A stretch of DNA of 64,000 nucleotides, from positions 57,974-121,973 of the forward strand of contig JACOXU010000003.1 in NCBI GenBank assembly GCA_016182185.1, read 5' to 3'. Position numbers and translations under genes: made by a program. Below are positions 47,691 to 57,363 of this stretch, piece after piece. Origin of the DNA: Candidatus Levyibacteriota bacterium (lineage in GTDB: Bacteria; Patescibacteriota; Microgenomatia; Levybacterales; UBA12049). Under the pieces are notes generated by a model. The model was not told the DNA's origin. It did not search any database and saw only the letters and a list, made by a program, of their open reading frames with translations. Within the stretch, counting starts at the first letter, position 1. Every line of letters starts with the position of its first letter.

Positions 47691-48416
47691 TTAATCTTTT
47701 TCCTTTTGTTCACTTTCGCCCTCATGTCCTCCTTTTTTTTCAATCTTATTATTTTCTTCTTCATGCGAGGTTTGAGCTGATTTAACTTCAATTTTTATGG
47801 ATTCTCCTCTATTTTGATCTTCATCGTGTATCTCTAATATCTTATTTTCAGTTTTTTCTATTGCCTCTTCTATCTTTTTCTTATTTTTTTCAACGCTTGC
47901 TTCTTTTGCCTCCTCAAGATTCTTTTTTGACTCCTCTATTTTAACACTATTGGTACTCTTAGTTTCTAATTCCTTACTGTAATTATCCAAAGTTTTCTGA
48001 AGAAGCCCAGAATCCTTCTTTTGCTCGCTTAAAGACTTTATCTCTTCACTTCTTCTCTTGAGAATCTCATTATTAAACGAGGGATTAACAGTTTTTATGA
48101 TATTTTCGGAGAGAATTTTTACCGGATAAAGGGGTTGTCCCGGTAAGCTTTTTTGAGCGCTTACTGTACCTGCAATCAGGATAAATAACAGAAACGTAAA
48201 CAATAATGCAGGTATATAAATTTGCGAATAAAAGAATTTTTCTTTTTTTTGATTTGACAACTTATTTAGATACGCTTTTTTGAAATTTTCTGAACGATTA
48301 ATACCTGAAGTTTTTTTAACCATATTAATGACGTCAAATAATTCATCTTTCTCATCAGGCGTTATGCCTTCTGTCTCAAGTTCTCTAATTAATTGATCTT
48401 CAAAATCCTTATTCAT
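47691..48416 (-). CDS. putative anti-sigma factor (cytoplasmic N-terminus, one TM, Lys/Glu-rich coiled-coil C-terminus)
   Basis: Immediately downstream of the ECF sigma gene and overlapping it by 8 nt. Single TM, FYSQIYIPALLFTFLLFILIAGTV. Confidence 0.5.
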   Translation of the reverse strand: MNKDFEDQLIRELETEGITPDEKDELFDVINMVKKTSGINRSENFKKAYLNKLSNQKKEKFFYSQIYIPALLFTFLLFILIAGTVSAQKSLPGQPLYPVKILSENIIKTVNPSFNNEILKRRSEEIKSLSEQKKDSGLLQKTLDNYSKELETKSTNSVKIEESKKNLEEAKEASVEKNKKKIEEAIEKTENKILEIHDEDQNRGESIKIEVKSAQTSHEEENNKIEKKGGHEGESEQKEKD

Positions 48417-48909
48417 TTTTGATGACCTCTCTTAATTTCCGAAGAGCTCTGTATTGCAAAACTCTTACATTTACTTCTGTTAAGCCCGAAATTTCCCCCA
48501 CTTCTTTGGCTGACAATTCCTCCATAAATCTCAATATTATAATTTCTTTTAAATTTTCAGGCAGCAATTTAATTGCATCACGCAGTTTTCTGATTTCATC
48601 ATCGTTTTGAATTTTTTCAATAAAATCTTCATCATACGAAGGCTCTATCCCCGCCTCAATTGATGTCTCCAAAGACATCTCATTTCTATTTTTATTTTTT
48701 CTCCAGTAATCAATAAGTAAGTTTCTTGCTACTCTATAAAGAAAAGCTTGCGAAAAATCCGGCTTGAATCTTTTCCAGTTCTTCCAAACTCTGGCAAACA
48801 CTTCTCCTGTGAAATCCTCAGCAAGATACGGATCTCCTGTCTGCCAGTAAAAATATTTGTAAATTTTGTCTGAAAATTGTAAATATAATTCATCAAAGCT
48901 ATCTCGCAT
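48409..48909 (-). CDS. RNA polymerase ECF-type sigma-70 factor
   Basis: Region 2 (YRVARNLLIDYWR) and region 4 HTH (LSAKEVGEISGLTEVNVRVLQYRALRKLRE). Confidence 0.85.
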   Translation of the reverse strand: MRDSFDELYLQFSDKIYKYFYWQTGDPYLAEDFTGEVFARVWKNWKRFKPDFSQAFLYRVARNLLIDYWRKNKNRNEMSLETSIEAGIEPSYDEDFIEKIQNDDEIRKLRDAIKLLPENLKEIIILRFMEELSAKEVGEISGLTEVNVRVLQYRALRKLREVIKNE

Positions 48910-48969
48910 CTGCGTATTGTAGCATAATATGTAACGAAAAATTTTATCTTTCGTTATATGTTTTAAATC

Positions 48970-49662
48970 GTGAGAAAAGCATCAATAATCATCGGACTTT
49001 CTGCATTAATAATATTTCTTCTTGTTTCAAATGAGTTAACTTTTGCCAAGAACGATGAAAACAATAAAAATAAGAATGAAGTAAAAATTGAGACTCAAAT
49101 AGAATCCAAGTCACACGGTCCCTCAAACAAAAGCATCGAAAATAAGCAAAAAATCGAAATAGAAATTGAAAATGATGAGGGCGAAAATGAAATAGAGATA
49201 GAAAATAATCAAAAAATCAAAGTACAAATAAATAAAAATAGATTTGAAATTCGGGGAATCGTCTCAGATGTTGGTACATCTTCTTTTGTAATAAACGGAC
49301 AGTTAATAAATATCGATCCTGCGATGGTTAAAAATATACATATGAGAGGCTTGTTGGTCAATGGCGCTTTTGTTCAAACAGAAGGAGTAGTTTTAAATGG
49401 CGTACTGTTTGCCCAGAATATCAAGGTCAAAGGTAATCTGCAGATTTCCCCATCAATAACTCAAACTCCGAGCGTAACCCCCAATGTGACTCCGGAAATT
49501 ACACCGACTGACACTCCAACCGCTACTCCAAGCGTAACTCCAGCTTCGGAATCTCAAATTTCTTTAAATGCAAAAATCAAAGGCATATTTACTTTAGATC
49601 AACTCTCGGTGATTTTTGAAGGAATATTAAATTCAATAAAATCTGCTCTGGGAGTTATCTAA
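48970..49662 (+). CDS. secreted DUF5666-like protein with acidic repeats and a Thr/Pro-rich tail
   Basis: Signal peptide, EIEIEN repeats, INGQLINIDPAMVKN...VNGAFVQTEGVV core, and a PT-rich C-terminus. Divergent from the ECF sigma. Confidence 0.5.
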   Translation: MRKASIIIGLSALIIFLLVSNELTFAKNDENNKNKNEVKIETQIESKSHGPSNKSIENKQKIEIEIENDEGENEIEIENNQKIKVQINKNRFEIRGIVSDVGTSSFVINGQLINIDPAMVKNIHMRGLLVNGAFVQTEGVVLNGVLFAQNIKVKGNLQISPSITQTPSVTPNVTPEITPTDTPTATPSVTPASESQISLNAKIKGIFTLDQLSVIFEGILNSIKSALGVI

Positions 49663-49726
49663 TAATCGGCAGGATTGCAATTGGAAGACCCATTTGAATT
49701 AATTTTCAAATGAGTCTTTTTCTGTT

Positions 49727-50104
49727 TTAGGGATTAGCAGATATTGTTGGGGGCTGAATCGGTAATTCGTCTTCTTCGTCTGTTTCGATATAAATATTCA
49801 ATTCTTTTCGAGTTTTTTCTGACCAAACTACTATTTCTTGCCCCTTCTCTATCCTTATTGGTTTTTGAGGATCTATAAGTCTTCCCTCTTCATCATCTTC
49901 ACTTTCATAAAATCTAACTTTGGAATTTTTTTGACTTTTAATAAAAACTCCGCCACCATTTCCATCCTGATCACAAATTATTAAAACTTTTGGGAGGCCA
50001 GAATAAATGAATTTTTTGCTATCATTTGGACCGACACTGTCAGACTCCAATAGCGGATCTGGCCCCCTTCTTCGTACAAAAAATAAATCTGCTTCAATTG
50101 TCAT
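49727..50104 (-). CDS. hypothetical protein
   Basis: 125-aa ORF. Confidence 0.4.
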   Translation of the reverse strand: MTIEADLFFVRRRGPDPLLESDSVGPNDSKKFIYSGLPKVLIICDQDGNGGGVFIKSQKNSKVRFYESEDDEEGRLIDPQKPIRIEKGQEIVVWSEKTRKELNIYIETDEEDELPIQPPTISANP

Positions 50105-50175
50105 AATTGTCGATTATATCACAATGATGGGATTATTTTATAGTTATTTATTTAAAAACTAAGAGTAGAATGGCG

Positions 50176-50709
50176 TTAAAATGAGGCGGCGTCTTGATCA
50201 TTCTGGCTAAGATCTGCTCCGACTGCGTCCGGATCGGTCTTATCTACTTCTTTAAGTGCATTTTCTACATCCTGTTGACTACTGATCGGCTGTTCTGAAA
50301 CGATTCCCTGATCTTCAGGTGTCGGACTCACTACTTGCGCCTGAGGCGTCGGAACAGGCTGATTATTTGTTTTATTGCTACTGCCTGAGATCATAATAAT
50401 TAAAATAAAAATAATAAGTACTGCAACCGCCCCAATGATAAGAAGTAAAAGCTTATTGTCGCGGACAGGAGCTTGATCATTTGATCCTTGATCAACCTGG
50501 TTGGGGCTTACAGCAGGCGGATCTGAAGGATTAACTGATGGTGGATCAGCTGGTGCTTGAGCTGTGACTGGTGGAGCTTCCCCAATAGGCTCGGAATTAC
50601 CTACAGGCACTCCCATGGGATGATTTTCAGAAGTCTGACTTTCTCCCTGATCATTCACCGGCTGTGCAGCTCCTGGTGTATTATTTAAATTGTTTTCTTG
50701 ATTATCCAT
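50176..50709 (-). CDS. hypothetical Pro-rich membrane protein
   Basis: Pro/Ser/Gln-rich N-terminus and one strong TM (LLLLIIGAVAVLIIFILIIMI). Confidence 0.45.
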   Translation of the reverse strand: MDNQENNLNNTPGAAQPVNDQGESQTSENHPMGVPVGNSEPIGEAPPVTAQAPADPPSVNPSDPPAVSPNQVDQGSNDQAPVRDNKLLLLIIGAVAVLIIFILIIMISGSSNKTNNQPVPTPQAQVVSPTPEDQGIVSEQPISSQQDVENALKEVDKTDPDAVGADLSQNDQDAASF

Positions 50710-50722
50710 AACTTACTTTAAA

Positions 50723-51415
50723 TTATAATGTTGGTACAGCCGTTGGTAAAACAGTTGGCAAAACTGTCGGTTCGATGGTCGGTGTCGCTGACCCAGTCGC
50801 CGTTCCGCCACCGGCTCCTCTTATTGATGCAATTGCAACTATAAGATTTCTAACAGATGTTTTGTAAGCTTTAAGTCCCGGAATAATTGCTCTTATATCT
50901 TGTTTGAATTGATCAAGCTGTCCTTTGGGATCATCTCCTTCGCAATTAAAGTTATCCACATCACTTTGAGCCGCTTCAAGAAGCGGAGTTATTGCATTCT
51001 TCTTGGTCTGTATATCCAAGATTAAAGCATCAAAATTTGCGAGTATCCTTCCCTGAGGCACTAATCTTGATTGATAGTAATTGGTTATTCTTGTAACAAT
51101 TGAGTCAAATACTGCGATAATCCGATTTACATGATTAACCATATTGGCAGAACGGTTTGTAATAATTTTCTCCTTAACTTGACAGACTCTTAATTTTGCC
51201 TGATCCAAACGAATCTTAAGAAGCGGTTTCCTACTGCCTGCTTTTGAAGCTGTTGTTCCTGTTTCACTTGAGGAAAGTTTTTTAGTAAGTCCCGGTGGAG
51301 TATTTGGTCTTTTTGTATTATCCGGCATTCCGGTTACTGCAAAAACTGATGAAGAATTGACCAATAAAATAAAAAGAGTAGATATAGTAAGAGTTAACTT
51401 AAAAAATTTCAGCAT
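50723..51415 (-). CDS. hypothetical secreted protein
   Basis: Signal peptide and a C-terminal (PT/VL)-repeat tail. Confidence 0.45.
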   Translation of the reverse strand: MLKFFKLTLTISTLFILLVNSSSVFAVTGMPDNTKRPNTPPGLTKKLSSSETGTTASKAGSRKPLLKIRLDQAKLRVCQVKEKIITNRSANMVNHVNRIIAVFDSIVTRITNYYQSRLVPQGRILANFDALILDIQTKKNAITPLLEAAQSDVDNFNCEGDDPKGQLDQFKQDIRAIIPGLKAYKTSVRNLIVAIASIRGAGGGTATGSATPTIEPTVLPTVLPTAVPTL

Positions 51416-51538
51416 ATAATATTAATAGCATACAAAAATTATTAATTCAATGTCAAGATATTAAACTATTAAAAATTTCCAAGAAAACAACTGCTTATTA
51501 ATATCGATAAGCATTATAATTTTACTAACTCCTCAAGC

Positions 51539-52006
51539 TTATTCTTCTACTGTAAGCGTGCCTTCCATTCCCATTGCTCTGTGATTACCGACAGAACAAT
51601 AATATTTAAAAGTTCCTGCTTGGTCTGCAGTAAATTCAACAGCTTCTTCTTCTCCAGCATTTAGAACTTGCGTCTTCACATCAAACTCATCTATAACAAA
51701 ATCGTGATTACCCTGCGCATTTTTGAAGAGTATTTTGACTTTCTGACCCTTTTTGACCGTAATTGTCTTAAGATCAAATTTAAACGGACTTCCCACCACA
51801 GTAATCTCCTTTACTTCACCAGACATAGCAGAATCGGTTGCTTCTTTTTCTGTAACACTTCCGGTTATAACAGCTGTTGGTTCTGCCTGAGTACTTGAAG
51901 GCGCATTTTGAGTTGATGGAGAACTTTTTATTAAAAATGCGCCAGCGATTACTACAGCCGCAACAATTATCAATCCTAATATTAAGTTTTTATTCATTAC
52001 TTTCAC
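51539..52006 (-). CDS. cupredoxin-like blue copper protein
   Basis: Type-1 Cu ligand pattern H...C-x2-G-x-H-x3-M (GNHDFV...YYCSVGNHRAMGM). N-terminal signal anchor. Confidence 0.7.
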   Translation of the reverse strand: MKVMNKNLILGLIIVAAVVIAGAFLIKSSPSTQNAPSSTQAEPTAVITGSVTEKEATDSAMSGEVKEITVVGSPFKFDLKTITVKKGQKVKILFKNAQGNHDFVIDEFDVKTQVLNAGEEEAVEFTADQAGTFKYYCSVGNHRAMGMEGTLTVEE

Positions 52007-52138
52007 CCCCTCCCATTAGAATATTAAATATAAAATAACTTTCAAAGCGAGAAATAAATTCTTTCGCTGGACGCAAGTGAATTACGGGTCCAAGAAAAAA
52101 TTTGATTTCGAGCGATTACCACAATTAACCTCAGTGTA

Positions 52139-53182
52139 TTATTTTAAGTATTTGTCAAAAAATTCAATAGATCTTTGCATTGCTATATTGAAACTATTTG
52201 AAATGTTATGATTGTCTCCATCGTATGTATAAAGCTCGACTGTTTTGCCAGCTTCTTTCATCTGTTTTTCCAGCGTCTGTGAAAATTCTACAGGGACGGA
52301 TTCATCGGCTGTCCCATGATGAAGTTGGATAGGTCCTGAAATATCAGAAAGATAAGAATTTGCAGAAATCGAATTCCAAAAATCAGGATTGTCTTGAGGA
52401 TCACCAAATTTCTCAATAAACAATTTTCTCCATCCTCTTGCCTGAGGAGTAGAAGGCGTAGGTCCGCCTCTTCTCCATCGGGTCAAAAGATCTGGGTATG
52501 ATGTCACTACTCCTGCCCAGATTACACCTACCTTTATATCTTTTCGAACTACCATGTTTCGCAAAGTAATAAAACCTCCCATAGAATGTCCCCACATGCC
52601 GATTGCCGAAGGATCAACATCTTTTAATTTTTTTACCGAAGAAACTGCATTAAGAACATCAATTGTATATGAGTTTGATCCATATGATCCCGTAGCGTCA
52701 CCTTCAGACTCTCCATGTCCTCTATAATCAGGCTTAAAGACAACGTATCCGTTTCTGGCAAATCCATCCAGATAAGCCACATATCTTTCAGTAGTTTTAT
52801 ATTGACTAGGTGCTATATAACCATGGTTAAAGATTATCGCCGGCCAGCCCTTTTCGGGTTTTTGTCCATTTGGAATCGTAAGAAGCCCATAGATTTTAAG
52901 TCCTTCTGACTTATATGATGCGACATATCTTTGATAATTACTGCCATTTTCAAGTTCTTCTCCTATTACTATTTCACTACCAGGATAGTCATTTTCTCTT
53001 AATTGCTTAATTGACAATGGGTTAATACTGTCAATTATTTCTCCTTCCTCCATTTGTCCCGAAATATTATCCGTAATATTTTTTGAAGTATTTTTGAAAA
53101 AAGCTGAGGAAGATATAATTAAGGACAATATTACCAGTAATCCCAGTGCGATAATAATTTTCTTAAACATCGGAACTACCAT
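52139..53182 (-). CDS. alpha/beta hydrolase (paralog of 3283..4395)
   Basis: GWPAIIFNHGY, nucleophile elbow WGHSMGG, and an N-terminal TM. Confidence 0.7.
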   Translation of the reverse strand: MVVPMFKKIIIALGLLVILSLIISSSAFFKNTSKNITDNISGQMEEGEIIDSINPLSIKQLRENDYPGSEIVIGEELENGSNYQRYVASYKSEGLKIYGLLTIPNGQKPEKGWPAIIFNHGYIAPSQYKTTERYVAYLDGFARNGYVVFKPDYRGHGESEGDATGSYGSNSYTIDVLNAVSSVKKLKDVDPSAIGMWGHSMGGFITLRNMVVRKDIKVGVIWAGVVTSYPDLLTRWRRGGPTPSTPQARGWRKLFIEKFGDPQDNPDFWNSISANSYLSDISGPIQLHHGTADESVPVEFSQTLEKQMKEAGKTVELYTYDGDNHNISNSFNIAMQRSIEFFDKYLK

Positions 53183-53225
53183 TCTATAATAGTTTTTTTT
53201 GCAAAGTCAAATTTAGCCAATTTGA

Positions 53226-53687
53226 TTGAATTTAAATCGTAATTGGTATATAATTGTGGCTAAAATTTATATGCCTAGAGAAATCCAAAGCGCTCCTTCA
53301 CAAGAGGGACAACCTAACGAACTAGAGTCAGCATCGGCAGTTTTTCACGGTGAAGAAATTCTCCTTATTAGAGTAAATCGACAAGCTTTACCAAAGTTTG
53401 GCGGCCAAACAGGAAATCAAGTTATCGGTTATATAACTGAATATTATTACGGCAAGATTGGAGATAGGGGGTATATTTTAAGAAGAAAAGAAGCTTTAAG
53501 TCCTGCTATTTTAAATTTCGAAGATTCTGACATTCCCCTGTCGCAACCGGACACTGAAGTATTAATTAGAAATGATGCTGTTAATAAATGGGAGAATCAA
53601 GAACCTGAAAATGCCATGCTTTACAAGGAATTAAAAAGAACTTATGAACAGGGAATCGCAAGAGTGCAGGAATCTAAATCTTCTTAA
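53226..53687 (+). CDS. hypothetical protein
   Basis: 153-aa ORF. The 3' end overlaps the convergent cysS by 14 nt. Confidence 0.4.
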   Translation: MNLNRNWYIIVAKIYMPREIQSAPSQEGQPNELESASAVFHGEEILLIRVNRQALPKFGGQTGNQVIGYITEYYYGKIGDRGYILRRKEALSPAILNFEDSDIPLSQPDTEVLIRNDAVNKWENQEPENAMLYKELKRTYEQGIARVQESKSS

Positions 53688-55071
53688 TTTCGGTTGATCC
53701 GTCTTTTTTATCTTCAATATCAAATCCTAATTTCTTAATTTTATGACGGATTTGATCTGAGAGGTGAAATCTTTTTTTCCTTCTGAGCTTTTCCCGTTCT
53801 TTTACCAGCTCTAAAACTTCATCTGGAATCTTTTCTTCAGTTTTTTTAGTTTTTTTAATATTTTCTAAATCAAGTCCGAGTACCTTATCAAATTTAAATA
53901 AACTTTCTGCTTTCGCACTCGTTGGATAGTCAGACTTGACTAAATCCCAAACGACAGCAAGTGCCTTCGGCATATTTAAATCATCATTTACTGCCTCGAG
54001 AAACTTTTCTTCGTATTCCGCGCATCCTATCTTTGGTTTATCCCAATCGGAAACAATATTTCTTAAATTATTAAGTGCTGTCTGGGCAGCATCGAGCCCA
54101 TCCCAAGTGAAATTCATCTTTGCTTTATAATGAACAGTCATTGCTAAGTATCTGAAGGAAAGTGCTTCAAAACCCTTTTTTTCAATTTCAGAAATCGTAT
54201 ATACATTTCTTTTTGAACGAGACATTTTTTCTCCTTCAATAAGCAGATATCCACCATGAACCCAATAATTAACGAATTTTTGACCGGCAGCTGCCTCGCT
54301 TTGGGCTATTTCATCTTCATGATGTGGAAAAACCAGATCTTCTCCTCCTGTATGAATATCGAATTTGTCCCCAAGGTATTTTATGCTCATAGCGCTACAT
54401 TCAATATGCCAACCGGGAAATCCGGCTCCCCAGGGACTGTCCCATTTCATCAGTCGATCCGGCTCTGCCTTTTTCCAGAGCGCAAAATCAATACTATCTT
54501 TTTTGTCTGTCTCAAAAGATATTCTGACAGCTTTAAACAGATTATCCATCTTGTCCAGTGTATTTCCAGAGAGCAATCCGTAATTTTTAAATTTTTTGAC
54601 GTCAAAATAAACAGTTCCGTCTGTCTCATAGGCAAATCCCTTTTTGATCAAAATCGAAATAATCGCAATCATTTCCTTTATGTGTTCTGAGGCCTTGGGA
54701 TTTATAGTTGCGGGCAAGATATTTATTTTCTTTTCATCTTCAAGATAAATTTTGGTAAAACGTTCTGCAATTTGCTGCGGAGTCTTGCCACTTTTCAAAG
54801 CTTCTTCAATAATCGGATCTATTTGGACATGATGGTGATCTTCTGTAGCTCTCATGTGTCCTACATCAGTAATATTTTTTACATGAATAACCCGATAACC
54901 ATTATAGACAAGGGCACGTCTTAAAATATCTGAAGCCAAATAGGTTCTCAGGTTTCCGATATGAACCTCTCTATAAACCGTTGGCCCACAGGTGTAAATT
55001 CCAACTTTTGCTGGATCAATCGGCTTAAAATCTTCAATTTTTCGAGATAAAGTATTGTAAAATCTTAACAT
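53674..55071 (-). CDS. cysS: cysteine--tRNA ligase
   Basis: HIGN (HIGH) and KMSRS (KMSKS) motifs. Zn-binding Cys (CGPTVY...C) at the N-terminus. Confidence 0.9.
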   Translation of the reverse strand: MLRFYNTLSRKIEDFKPIDPAKVGIYTCGPTVYREVHIGNLRTYLASDILRRALVYNGYRVIHVKNITDVGHMRATEDHHHVQIDPIIEEALKSGKTPQQIAERFTKIYLEDEKKINILPATINPKASEHIKEMIAIISILIKKGFAYETDGTVYFDVKKFKNYGLLSGNTLDKMDNLFKAVRISFETDKKDSIDFALWKKAEPDRLMKWDSPWGAGFPGWHIECSAMSIKYLGDKFDIHTGGEDLVFPHHEDEIAQSEAAAGQKFVNYWVHGGYLLIEGEKMSRSKRNVYTISEIEKKGFEALSFRYLAMTVHYKAKMNFTWDGLDAAQTALNNLRNIVSDWDKPKIGCAEYEEKFLEAVNDDLNMPKALAVVWDLVKSDYPTSAKAESLFKFDKVLGLDLENIKKTKKTEEKIPDEVLELVKEREKLRRKKRFHLSDQIRHKIKKLGFDIEDKKDGSTEIKKI

Positions 55072-55074
55072 CTT

Positions 55075-55599
55075 TTATCCTGACCTTCCGGGGAATTTTT
55101 CAACTCTCAGCTTTGCTCTTTGGATTGCCAAGGGTGGCGGTTTCTTTCTTTCTTTTTTCTGAATTTCAATCACTTCTTCTTGCTTTTCCTTTTCGACTTT
55201 TTCTGCCGGGCGCTCCTCTTCAGTCGGTTTCTTGGAATTAACCAATGGATCATAGTAAACTTCATCGTGTAATTTTTTTCTAAGCTCCATTAACTTTTGT
55301 TTATCTTCAACGGAAGTGGTATCTTGATTTTGTTTTTGCTGCTGCGCTTGCTGACTACCTGTAATTGACCCAGGATTGATATTTTTTTTATCATCATTTA
55401 TGCCATATAAATTCTTTACAATATCTTTATCAGAAGCTAAATTTCCTCTTCCTGTAATTTGAGAGGCTGTTGCTTTGACTGTAGCAGAAGCTGTCTTTGA
55501 AACCGCTTTTGCGCTTTTTTGGGCCATTGATCCGCCGGTCTCAAGAATTTCACCTATTACTCCCTTTTTATTCATAAATCCTTCTTCCCTCAAGAGCAT
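55075..55599 (-). CDS. hypothetical Lys/Glu/Gln-rich protein
   Basis: 174-aa low-complexity ORF. Overlaps the recR 5' end by 32 nt. Confidence 0.4.
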   Translation of the reverse strand: MLLREEGFMNKKGVIGEILETGGSMAQKSAKAVSKTASATVKATASQITGRGNLASDKDIVKNLYGINDDKKNINPGSITGSQQAQQQKQNQDTTSVEDKQKLMELRKKLHDEVYYDPLVNSKKPTEEERPAEKVEKEKQEEVIEIQKKERKKPPPLAIQRAKLRVEKFPGRSG

Positions 55600-56209
55600 T
55601 CCTTAAGGTTACATCGTCTGCGTATTCAAGATCTGCTCCAATCGGCAACCCCCTGCCAATTCTGGTAATTTTAACAGTTTTGAGTTTTGAGTTTTGAGTT
55701 TTGAGTTCGCCAAATTTCTTGGCGATGTACATTGCCGTTGCTTCGCCCTCCATTGTTGGATTTGTCGCCAAAATTACCTCTTGAATAAGTGATCCCGAAC
55801 CGTTTGACGATTTTTTCACCCTGTCAATTAGCTGCTTTATATAAATTTCATCTGGTCCAATATTGTTCAGAGGATCAATCTTTCCATGTAATACGTGGTA
55901 TAGCCCGTTATATTTTCTGCTTCGCTCAAGTGAAATCACATCCAGAGGTTGCTCCACTACGCATATAATTGAATTGTCTCTCTTCTCATCACTACAGATA
56001 GAACAGGGGTCAGTTTCTGCAATAGTAAAACACTCGGAACAAAGTACAGTATCTTTCTTAAGATTCTGAACTGAGGCTGAGAATTTATCAAGTTCGCCTT
56101 GCGGAACATGAAGAAGATAAAAAGTCAGCCTCTGTGCGGTCTTGGGCCCAATACCCGGTAATTTTTCAAATGATTCAATAAGATTTTGAATTGCTTTTGG
56201 AATCCGCAT
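55568..56209 (-). CDS. recR: recombination protein RecR
   Basis: HhH (LPGIGPKTAQRL), C4 zinc finger (CSECFTIAETDPCSIC) and a Toprim domain. Contains an in-frame GTTTTGA x4 repeat. Confidence 0.9.
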   Translation of the reverse strand: MRIPKAIQNLIESFEKLPGIGPKTAQRLTFYLLHVPQGELDKFSASVQNLKKDTVLCSECFTIAETDPCSICSDEKRDNSIICVVEQPLDVISLERSRKYNGLYHVLHGKIDPLNNIGPDEIYIKQLIDRVKKSSNGSGSLIQEVILATNPTMEGEATAMYIAKKFGELKTQNSKLKTVKITRIGRGLPIGADLEYADDVTLRNALEGRRIYE

Positions 56210-56215
56210 AAAATT

Positions 56216-56295
56216 TCTAATTACTTTAATTTCTAATTAACCTAAATAAATTCTAAAAGCAAAATTTAGAAATTAGGTCAATTAGGTTAATTAGG
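56216..56295 (-). promoter_or_regulatory. AT-rich promoter repeat with tandem TTGACCTAAT units (upstream of recR)
   Basis: Minus strand: TTGACCTAATTAACCTAATTGACCTAATTTCTAAATT...ATG. About 85% similar to 61476..61542. Confidence 0.45.
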
Positions 56296-57330
56296 TCAAT
56301 TTTTTCCTAGTTCTTTTGCTATTTTTCCGCTGACTGATAATATTTCCAGTTTATCAAACCCCTTCTCTCTTGGTACATTTATTGAATCTGTAACATAAAT
56401 CTTTGAAACTTTTGAGCTCTCTAAAATGTTTTTTGCATCATTTGACAGAACTGGATGAGTTACAAAAACTAGAATTTTTTCTATGCTATTTTTTCTAAGA
56501 AGGTCTGCTGCTGCTGCAATTGTCCTGCCGGTTGAAATCATATCATCGACAATAATAGCGGTTTTAACTCCTTTTTTCCATTCTTGACCAGAAACATCTA
56601 CTCTGTTTGATTCTATATTTCCTGTCGCAAGATCTCTGTCTTTAATAATTGAGACATAAGACATATTATCAAGCATTTCTGACAATAATTTAATTCGTCT
56701 TATTCCGCCCATGTCGGGAGAGACGAGGATCGTATCGTTGATGCGCGGGGAGCTTTCAAAATTTTCATTGCGAGCATTTACGCTATCTGACTTTGGGATT
56801 TCGGATGAAACTTTTCTCGCGTTGCGAACAGGAAAATTTTCGCGAGCGACCTCAGCACTCCTCAGAATTTCTTTTATTTTCTCTGCAAAAATTGGCAGAG
56901 CAGATAGATGAACAATCGGAATAGAAAATAGTTCAGGGATTTTGACTGAATGAAGGTCAAGCGTTATAAGACGATTCATTCCAACGCTCTCAAGAGTTTC
57001 AACAATCACTTCAAGAGACACTGCCTCACCGTCTCTGAAGATATGGTCTTGTCTCTGATACCCAAGATATGGAACAACGGCAGTAACAGTTTTGGCTCCG
57101 CTTCTTTTGAGTGCATCAACTATAAAAAATAATTCCATGTAACAATCATTGGGATTTGGAGAAGTAGTTTGGATCACAACAGTATCCTCATTTATTACTT
57201 TATCAACAACTCTTACTCTTTTTTCCCCATCTGGGAAAATATCAATTTCAAGAGGAGATAAGCTGATTTTTAATTCTTTGGCAATTTTTTCTGCCAATGG
57301 CTTATTGGAGCTACCAGAAAAGATCTTCAC
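56296..57330 (-). CDS. prs: ribose-phosphate pyrophosphokinase carrying an in-frame ~40-aa repeat-derived insertion
   Basis: N-terminal Pribosyltran_N and a PRPP-binding loop (AIIVDDMISTGRTI). Insertion ...SAEVARENFPVRNARKVSSEIPKSDSVNARNENFESSPR... before the VSPDMGG motif. Confidence 0.85.
   Translation of the reverse strand: MKIFSGSSNKPLAEKIAKELKISLSPLEIDIFPDGEKRVRVVDKVINEDTVVIQTTSPNPNDCYMELFFIVDALKRSGAKTVTAVVPYLGYQRQDHIFRDGEAVSLEVIVETLESVGMNRLITLDLHSVKIPELFSIPIVHLSALPIFAEKIKEILRSAEVARENFPVRNARKVSSEIPKSDSVNARNENFESSPRINDTILVSPDMGGIRRIKLLSEMLDNMSYVSIIKDRDLATGNIESNRVDVSGQEWKKGVKTAIIVDDMISTGRTIAAAADLLRKNSIEKILVFVTHPVLSNDAKNILESSKVSKIYVTDSINVPREKGFDKLEILSVSGKIAKELGKN
56737..56860 (-). repeat. 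palindromic repeat-element copy inserted in frame in prs
   Basis: GCGCGGGGAGCTTTCAAAATTTTC...CGCGTTGCGAACAGGAAAATTTTCGCGAGCGACCTCAGC. Near-identical in sequence and position-in-frame to the dnaX copy. Confidence 0.65.
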
Positions 57331-57363
57331 AAGTTTAATTGTACTATGAAGTCCTTATTTTTT

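Noticed and set aside
55677-55707. Short tandem repeats (GTTTTGA x4; also the 14-mer in dnaX) as CRISPR-like arrays
   Set aside because: Units are far too short, with no spacers, and lie in frame inside conserved genes. They are microsatellites.
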